DNA from: Myxococcota bacterium
Lineage (GTDB): Bacteria > Myxococcota > XYA12-FULL-58-9 > JALHOP01
Length of the DNA: 52,046 nt
Direction of reading: 5' to 3'
Assembly: GCA_041288095.1 (NCBI GenBank)
Contig: JBGGMJ010000001.1
Coordinates: forward strand, 1 to 52,046
In this document: one piece after another, positions 46,348 to 52,046 of the stretch
Layout: each line of letters starts with the position of its first letter
How positions within the stretch are numbered: the stretch's first letter is position 1
The notes under the pieces: model-generated
The model's input: the letters and a program-made list of their open reading frames with translations, nothing else
Database searches by the model: none
What the model was told of the DNA's origin: nothing
Position numbers and translations under genes: made by a program

Positions 46348-48779
46348 CCGAGGGTGAAGTAGAAGGTCGCGCCCTCGCCTACCGCGCTCTTCGCCCAGAC
46401 GCGTCCGCCATGGCGGTCGATGATGCGATGCACGGTCGCAAGCCCGATGCCGGTGCCGGGGAACTCCTTGCTGCTGTGCAGGCGCACGAACGGCATGAAC
46501 AGCTTGCCGGCATTGGCTCCGTCGAAGCCGGCGCCGTCGTCACGCACGTAGAAGACGACGGCCCCATCGGAGCCATCCTCGCGGCCGATCTCGATGTGCG
46601 CTTCCGCGCGCTTCGAGGAGTACTTGAAAGCGTTGCCGATGAGGTTGTCGAGGACGATGCGCAACAAGCCTGGGTCGCAGTCGCACTCCAGCGACGCCGT
46701 CACGCGGACGTCGACTTTGCGCTCCTTTGCCCCATGCATCTGAATCGCGACGATGTCGTTCACCAAGGCTGTGAGATCCGTGTTCGTCCGCTGTAGCGGC
46801 TGCCGAGAAAGCCGAGCAAGGCGCAACAAGTGTTCGATCATCGCCAACATGTCGGCAGCCGCGGACGCGATATACTTGACGAAGGTTGCACCGCGCTCCG
46901 AGAGCCGCGACTCGGAGTCAGCGGCCAAGAGCTCGGCGAAGCCTTTCACCTGGCCAGCGGGGTTACGCAGATCGTGCGACACCGAGGATGCGAAAGCGTC
47001 GAGCTCGCGGTTGATGCGCGTGAGCTCCTGGACCCACTCCTTACGTTTGACGGCGAGGTCGACGTGGGTGCGCACGCGCGCCAGGAGCTCGCGCGCCGTG
47101 AATGGCTTGGCGACGTAGTCGTCGGCTCCGGCGTCGAGTCCTTCGACGGCGGACTCCTCACCGACCCGCGCCGACAACAAGATCACCGGCAACGAGCTGG
47201 TCGCCGGATCGGTACGCAAGGCTTTCACCAGGCCGATGCCGTCGAGGTGCGGCATCATCACGTCGCTGACGACGATGTCCGGCATTTGCTCCGCGATCGA
47301 CTCGAGCGCGGCGCGCCCATCCGCGACAGCGGACACGTCGTAGGCACCGGCGAGGAGCCCCCGAATGTAGTTGCGCAGGTCGGGGTTGTCGTCGACCACG
47401 AGGACGCGCGGGCGTTCGCCAGTCGCGGCCTTCGCGGAAATCGGCAGCTCCGCATCGGCGATGTCGTTTGCCCAGTGGCGCGCCTCGGCGGTGTGCGTTT
47501 CCAGATCACGCCGCGAGCCCGGCGGTAATGCCGTCTGCGAGACGTCTTCCTGCGGCAGATGCGCGAACCCTTTCGGGATCTCCACCCTGAAGGTCGTGCC
47601 CTTGCCGAGCTTGCTCGCGACGCTGACCGTGCCGCCGTGCAGCTCGACGAGCTCGCGCACCAAGGAAAGGCCGATGCCGGTGCCCTCGTGGGTGCGGCCG
47701 ACCGCGCCCTCGACCCGGTAGAAACGCTCGAAGAGACGCGGCACCGAGGACTCGGGGATGCCGATGCCGGTGTCCGAAACCGTCACCACGACTTGGGCGG
47801 GCTCCTCGTGGCAGCGCACCGCCACCTCTCCCGCATGGGTGTACTTGAGGGCGTTCGAAACCAGATTCGGAACGATCTTCTCCCAGAGATCCCGGTCGAC
47901 GAAGACCTTCTCACGCAGTGGCGGACAGTCGACGACCAGCTTCAGGTGCGCCTTCTCCGCCGCCGATTGAAACATGCCGGCGAGCTCACTGGTGACCAGG
48001 GCGATGTCGAGCGGCGCGAAGGTCGCATGCAACCGCCCCGCCTGCAGGCGCGAGAAATCGAGCAGCGCATTCACCAGACGCAAGAGGCGCAGCGCGTTGT
48101 CGTGCGCCATGCGCAGGCGCTCGCGCAACACGGGGTCGAGCTTCGCGTCGGCGAGGCTGTCTTCCAGCGGAGCCAGCATGAGGGTCAGCGGCGTTCGCAG
48201 CTCGTGGCTCACGTTGCTGAAGAAGGCGGTCTTCGCGGCGTCGAGCTCACCAAGCTTGTCGTTGGCCGAGCGCAGCTCACGTACGGCGGCCGAAAGCTCG
48301 GCGCTGCGCTGGAGGATGTCGCGCTCCATGGCGTTGGCGCGACCGCGAAGCTCATCCGAGAGCTCGTTGGCTTTGGCGAGCGCGGTGACGTCCTCCACCG
48401 TGTGGAGGATGAAGCGAACGCTCCCTCCTTCACCGAGGATGGGAACGTTCTTCGGGCTCCAGTAACGCGCTTCGTAGCCGCCGTCGGGCCGGCGAATGTC
48501 GTAACGCTGCACCGCCATCGTGTCCGGCTTGCCGGTCTCGCGGACCCGATCGAGCGAAGCGCGGAGATTGCTCGTCCCGGTGGCGGCGGGGTCGTCGGGA
48601 TTGTCGGGGAAAAGCTCGAATAGGCCCACGCCGATGCACTGCTCGGGCGTCGTCATGGTGGCTTCGTAGCGGGCGCGAGTCGCGGCGACCATGGTGTAGC
48701 GCGGCGCGTCCGGTAGCAGCACCAGGAGGACGTCAGGTGATTCCTCGAAGAGGAGGCGGAAGTCGAGGTCGACCGTCAT
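46320..48779 (-). CDS. Cytoplasmic hybrid histidine kinase: PAS - HisKA/HATPase - REC - HisKA/HATPase
   Basis: PAS (FELFPDNPDD); SHELRTP with N/G boxes; VDDN..SDVMMP..KPF receiver; second SHDLRNP with NAFKY, DDGAG and GTGIGL. Confidence 0.94.
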   Translation of the reverse strand: MTVDLDFRLLFEESPDVLLVLLPDAPRYTMVAATRARYEATMTTPEQCIGVGLFELFPDNPDDPAATGTSNLRASLDRVRETGKPDTMAVQRYDIRRPDGGYEARYWSPKNVPILGEGGSVRFILHTVEDVTALAKANELSDELRGRANAMERDILQRSAELSAAVRELRSANDKLGELDAAKTAFFSNVSHELRTPLTLMLAPLEDSLADAKLDPVLRERLRMAHDNALRLLRLVNALLDFSRLQAGRLHATFAPLDIALVTSELAGMFQSAAEKAHLKLVVDCPPLREKVFVDRDLWEKIVPNLVSNALKYTHAGEVAVRCHEEPAQVVVTVSDTGIGIPESSVPRLFERFYRVEGAVGRTHEGTGIGLSLVRELVELHGGTVSVASKLGKGTTFRVEIPKGFAHLPQEDVSQTALPPGSRRDLETHTAEARHWANDIADAELPISAKAATGERPRVLVVDDNPDLRNYIRGLLAGAYDVSAVADGRAALESIAEQMPDIVVSDVMMPHLDGIGLVKALRTDPATSSLPVILLSARVGEESAVEGLDAGADDYVAKPFTARELLARVRTHVDLAVKRKEWVQELTRINRELDAFASSVSHDLRNPAGQVKGFAELLAADSESRLSERGATFVKYIASAAADMLAMIEHLLRLARLSRQPLQRTNTDLTALVNDIVAIQMHGAKERKVDVRVTASLECDCDPGLLRIVLDNLIGNAFKYSSKRAEAHIEIGREDGSDGAVVFYVRDDGAGFDGANAGKLFMPFVRLHSSKEFPGTGIGLATVHRIIDRHGGRVWAKSAVGEGATFYFTLGQSPSRAAQ

Positions 48780-48845
48780 TCACGGACAATTTAGTCAGAA
48801 AGTCAGCCGAAATCGAGCGGGTCCCGCTGACTCGGGTACACCGGT

Positions 48846-51800
48846 TTAGCGGAACATGAAGAGGCGCGCCGCGAAGCGCTGCACCACGAGGAGCTGGCTG
48901 CGATCGAGCGCCGAGCCGGGCGTGTAGGCGCGAACGCCCGCCAACGTGCTCGCGAAGCCGGGACCGCCTTGGAGAATCGCGCGCTTCTCGAACGCGTCGG
49001 CGTCCGCGTCGAACGAGAACAAGAAAGTGTTGTACGGGCCGCCGCTGCTCGTCGTCCCCGGGCCGACGACGATGTCGATGCCGCCACGGCCGTCGAAGTC
49101 GCCAATGCTCGCGATTGACTGACCGAAGCGCGCGGCTGGGGTGCCGTTCCAGCCGGTGCCGTCGAGCGTGACGTACGAGGCCAGGGGATAGCTCGCGCTC
49201 ATGAAGCCGGTGGCGAAGACGACGACGCGGTCGTCGGTGGTGCCGACCAGGAGCCAATCGCCGGTCGTGCCGCGTGGCGAGCGCACGGTCGCAAGCTGGT
49301 TACCGAAGCCGGTCGCGGACGGCTCGTAGGTCACCACCGTGGTGAACGCGCCGCCATCGTAGGTGAAGACTTGCGAGTCGTCGGAGATTGCGAGCTCGTC
49401 GACGCCGTCGCCGTCGTAGTCGCCGAGCGCCAAGCGACGCGGCCAGCCGAGGGCGGACGGCTCCGGCGCGATGAGCACGTCGGGCGCGAGGTCGAAATAG
49501 GACTGACCGAGCGGGAGCTTGCCGCGGTCACCGCCGCCGATGATGTAGGCACGCGGGTCGGGCGACGTGGTGCTGGTCGTGAGCACGAGATCGACGCTCA
49601 CGTCGCCGATGACGTCACCGAACGCGACGTTGGCGCAGAGCCGCTGACCCGCGGCACCGAGTAGGCTCACGTCGGGGTGGAGCGAGGGGACCTGCGGCGT
49701 CGTCGTGTTGATGTTGCGTGCGATGCCGTCGCCCAGCACGCCGTAGTAGAGAAACAGCGCGCCGCCCGCGGCGCCGGCCTGCGGGAAACCGCTGGTGAGC
49801 AACGTCGGATCGCAGATCACCAGGTCGTTGAGACCGTCACCGTCGAAATCGCCACCAGCGACCGCCGCGCCGAAGGAGCCGCTGTACGCGATAGCGGGTG
49901 CGTTGATGGTCACCGCGGGCGCGAATGCAGCGGATGAAGAGAGAAAGACCTGCACGCTCCCTGAGGTAAGCTGGGTCACGGCGAAGTCGTCGCGACCGTC
50001 GCCGTCGAGATCCGGCAGACTGGTGGCGAAGGCGCCATAGTCGGGCGGCGACGCCGGCTCGCCGCGGAACGCTCCGACGGCTTGTGCGTCATCGCGGACG
50101 ATGCCGTCGAAGGGCTGAATCGCGGGCGCGGTCACCAGCGGGATCTTTCGTCGGCTCACGAAGCCGGCCGTAGGCCCGCTGTTGCCGACGTCGTCGGTGG
50201 CGACGACCAGGAAGCAGTAGTCGCGGTGCGGATAGAGCTCGGGGACCGCGACGAGCTCGGTCGCGCCGCCGCTTTGCGGAGCGCCGGGCAGGACAGCGGT
50301 GGTCTCGAACGGTCCGGCGGGCGTGAGCTCCGCGCAGCTCGCATAGGTGGTCGCGCCGTAGGGGATCCCGAGCGCCGCGATGCCGATGGTGTAGCTCACG
50401 ACGTTGCCACTCGAAGCATCGTCGCCGGGCGCGCTCCAAGTGAGCGCGGCGGAAGCCTCGGTGCGGCTGCACGCGCCGGTCGCCGAGCATGCCGCGACAC
50501 AGGCAGGCGCCTCGATCGTCGCCGCGTCGAAGCCACTCACCGGCGGTGTCGACTCGCCGATGCAGGCACTCGCCTGAACGCCGGCGGGCGCGATCACGTC
50601 GGTGCGCGCATAGATGCTCTCGCGCGCGCTATCGACGCGCACGGGCCGTGGCACCGCGGGGTTGCCGGCGCGGTCACTGAAGCTGACGCTGATGCGGCGA
50701 ACGGCGGTGCCCGGCAGATGCGACGCGGTGAGCGTGAACACCTTGGCGCAGGCTGGGGCGCCGGCGCAGCCATCGGAGGGGAGAACGTTGCCGCCGAGCG
50801 AGCCGAGATCGGTTTCGAGGCTGAGCGCGCGGCCGTCTTCGATACCGGACAGGCTCAAAACGACCGGCTGCGCATTGAAGCCGTTGGTGCCGTCGTGGTC
50901 GGCATCCTGAGCCAGGTTCCAGATCGCGGGATTGCCTGGGCCCGCGATGTTCGAGGCCGCCGTCGCGTCGCCGCACGCCGCTGGGCAAGCGATGCTGACC
51001 ATGGGGACGGCGTTGGCGCACAACGAGCAGCGATCGAATTCGTAAGTCGGGGCTTGGATGTCGGCGACGATGCCTCCGTAGGCGCGCGTGCCACAGACAT
51101 CCGGGCCGCACATGGCCTCCACGGTGACGGCGTTGGTCGACGGGCTCGCCGGATTGGTGGCGACCTCGAGCTCGACACCAGCGATGGGACTACCGATCGG
51201 AGCTTCGTAAGCCGTCGAACCACCAGCGTTGTCGACGCTCAGTCGCACCGTCGTCGGGCTCACCCCGTAGGCGTCGAGCGTCGCCACGAAGTTGGTCTGG
51301 AAGCGGCCGCTGGTGGGATCGAGAACGTCTTCGGCGATTCCGTAATAGCGGTCATCGTCGAGGAGGTCTCCAGTGCTTCCGAGCGCGGCATCGAGGCGCT
51401 CGACGCTTACGACGAGAACGCCGGCGAAGTTGAGGGTCACGAACGCCGAGTTGGACACGCCCGGGTTGTGATTGGTGTCTTCGGTCACGAGGCGTAGCTC
51501 GCGCACCGTGCCCGGCTCGAATTCGGGTCCGGCGTAGATGGAGGCGTCGGCAACGTCGCCGCTCGAGAACGTGCCGGCGAAGACATCGGTCCAGTCGAGC
51601 TCGCCGGGAAGCCGCGATTGCAGACGCACCACCACCGGGCAGGTCTCGAGCGAGGCGTCGCTGTTCACGCACTGAGCGAGTGTGAAGAAGAGGTCGGTGC
51701 CGTCGGGGCTACACGGTCCGAAGCCGCCGCAGGTCGGATTGGCCGCGAGCTTGTCGAGGCGAATGCGGCGGGTCGAGGAATCGAAAGGTAAGGTGTCGGC

Positions 51801-52046
51801 GAGGCAACTGGTGCCGAGGGTGCCGCAACCCTGCACGGCGCCCGCGGCGGTGCGAACACCGAGCGTGAGGCTCGGACCGACGGCGTCGACGCTGTAGAGC
51901 ACGCGGTCGCTGACCACGACGTTGCCGAACCCGTCGGTGTAGGTCGCCTGCAGGTAGTCGAGGCCTTGTGCCAGCGCGAAGGCGGCGAAGTCGAAGCGCG
52001 TCTGGCCGTTCGCGAGGGCGCCGCTGGAAGCCGATGCGAGCGCCGA
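48846..52046 (-). CDS. Large extracellular protein with Ig-like/FN3-like domains and C-terminal FG-GAP repeats (5' end lies beyond the window)
   Basis: The frame is open from 52046 (SALASASSGALANGQ...) through 51917; FN3-like LTWSAPGDD..YCFLVVATDDVGN; FG-GAP Ca-binding loops DLDGDGRDD, GDFDGDGLND, GDYDGDGVDE and GDFDGRGGID. Confidence 0.88.
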   Translation of the reverse strand, partial: SALASASSGALANGQTRFDFAAFALAQGLDYLQATYTDGFGNVVVSDRVLYSVDAVGPSLTLGVRTAAGAVQGCGTLGTSCLADTLPFDSSTRRIRLDKLAANPTCGGFGPCSPDGTDLFFTLAQCVNSDASLETCPVVVRLQSRLPGELDWTDVFAGTFSSGDVADASIYAGPEFEPGTVRELRLVTEDTNHNPGVSNSAFVTLNFAGVLVVSVERLDAALGSTGDLLDDDRYYGIAEDVLDPTSGRFQTNFVATLDAYGVSPTTVRLSVDNAGGSTAYEAPIGSPIAGVELEVATNPASPSTNAVTVEAMCGPDVCGTRAYGGIVADIQAPTYEFDRCSLCANAVPMVSIACPAACGDATAASNIAGPGNPAIWNLAQDADHDGTNGFNAQPVVLSLSGIEDGRALSLETDLGSLGGNVLPSDGCAGAPACAKVFTLTASHLPGTAVRRISVSFSDRAGNPAVPRPVRVDSARESIYARTDVIAPAGVQASACIGESTPPVSGFDAATIEAPACVAACSATGACSRTEASAALTWSAPGDDASSGNVVSYTIGIAALGIPYGATTYASCAELTPAGPFETTAVLPGAPQSGGATELVAVPELYPHRDYCFLVVATDDVGNSGPTAGFVSRRKIPLVTAPAIQPFDGIVRDDAQAVGAFRGEPASPPDYGAFATSLPDLDGDGRDDFAVTQLTSGSVQVFLSSSAAFAPAVTINAPAIAYSGSFGAAVAGGDFDGDGLNDLVICDPTLLTSGFPQAGAAGGALFLYYGVLGDGIARNINTTTPQVPSLHPDVSLLGAAGQRLCANVAFGDVIGDVSVDLVLTTSTTSPDPRAYIIGGGDRGKLPLGQSYFDLAPDVLIAPEPSALGWPRRLALGDYDGDGVDELAISDDSQVFTYDGGAFTTVVTYEPSATGFGNQLATVRSPRGTTGDWLLVGTTDDRVVVFATGFMSASYPLASYVTLDGTGWNGTPAARFGQSIASIGDFDGRGGIDIVVGPGTTSSGGPYNTFLFSFDADADAFEKRAILQGGPGFASTLAGVRAYTPGSALDRSQLLVVQRFAARLFMFR

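Overview
GC-rich, gene-dense window from a Myxococcota/deltaproteobacterium-like genome. The taxonomy is inferred from gene content: PEGA Ser/Thr kinases, Cys-rich lipoproteins, FG-GAP proteins and the holB-yaaT-metG order. Housekeeping genes (holB, yaaT/PSP1, metG, hemH, IGHMBP2-like helicase, map, pepA, acs) are mixed with signalling genes, large secreted Cys-rich proteins and an SGNH / ferritin-like / carbamoyltransferase / DUF5989 operon whose ferritin-like gene has an in-frame TAA at a predicted iron ligand. The most notable unexplained signal is a recurring two-part upstream motif, GCAAC-N14/15-GCCGAT (3 exact and 2 near matches). It sits in the correct orientation in front of five scattered stand-alone genes with no recognisable Sec signal: a DHH phosphoesterase, a HAD phosphatase, a C39-like Cys peptidase, a 1049-aa duplicated-domain protein and a small CxxC/HxxC protein. 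An orphan protein resembling a type III translocator (SctB/YopD-like) carries the -10 half only. I infer a dispersed alternative-sigma regulon of candidate secreted effectors; this is untested. All family calls come from motif recognition by eye, with no database searches. No rRNA, tRNA, CRISPR array or mobile element was recognised.
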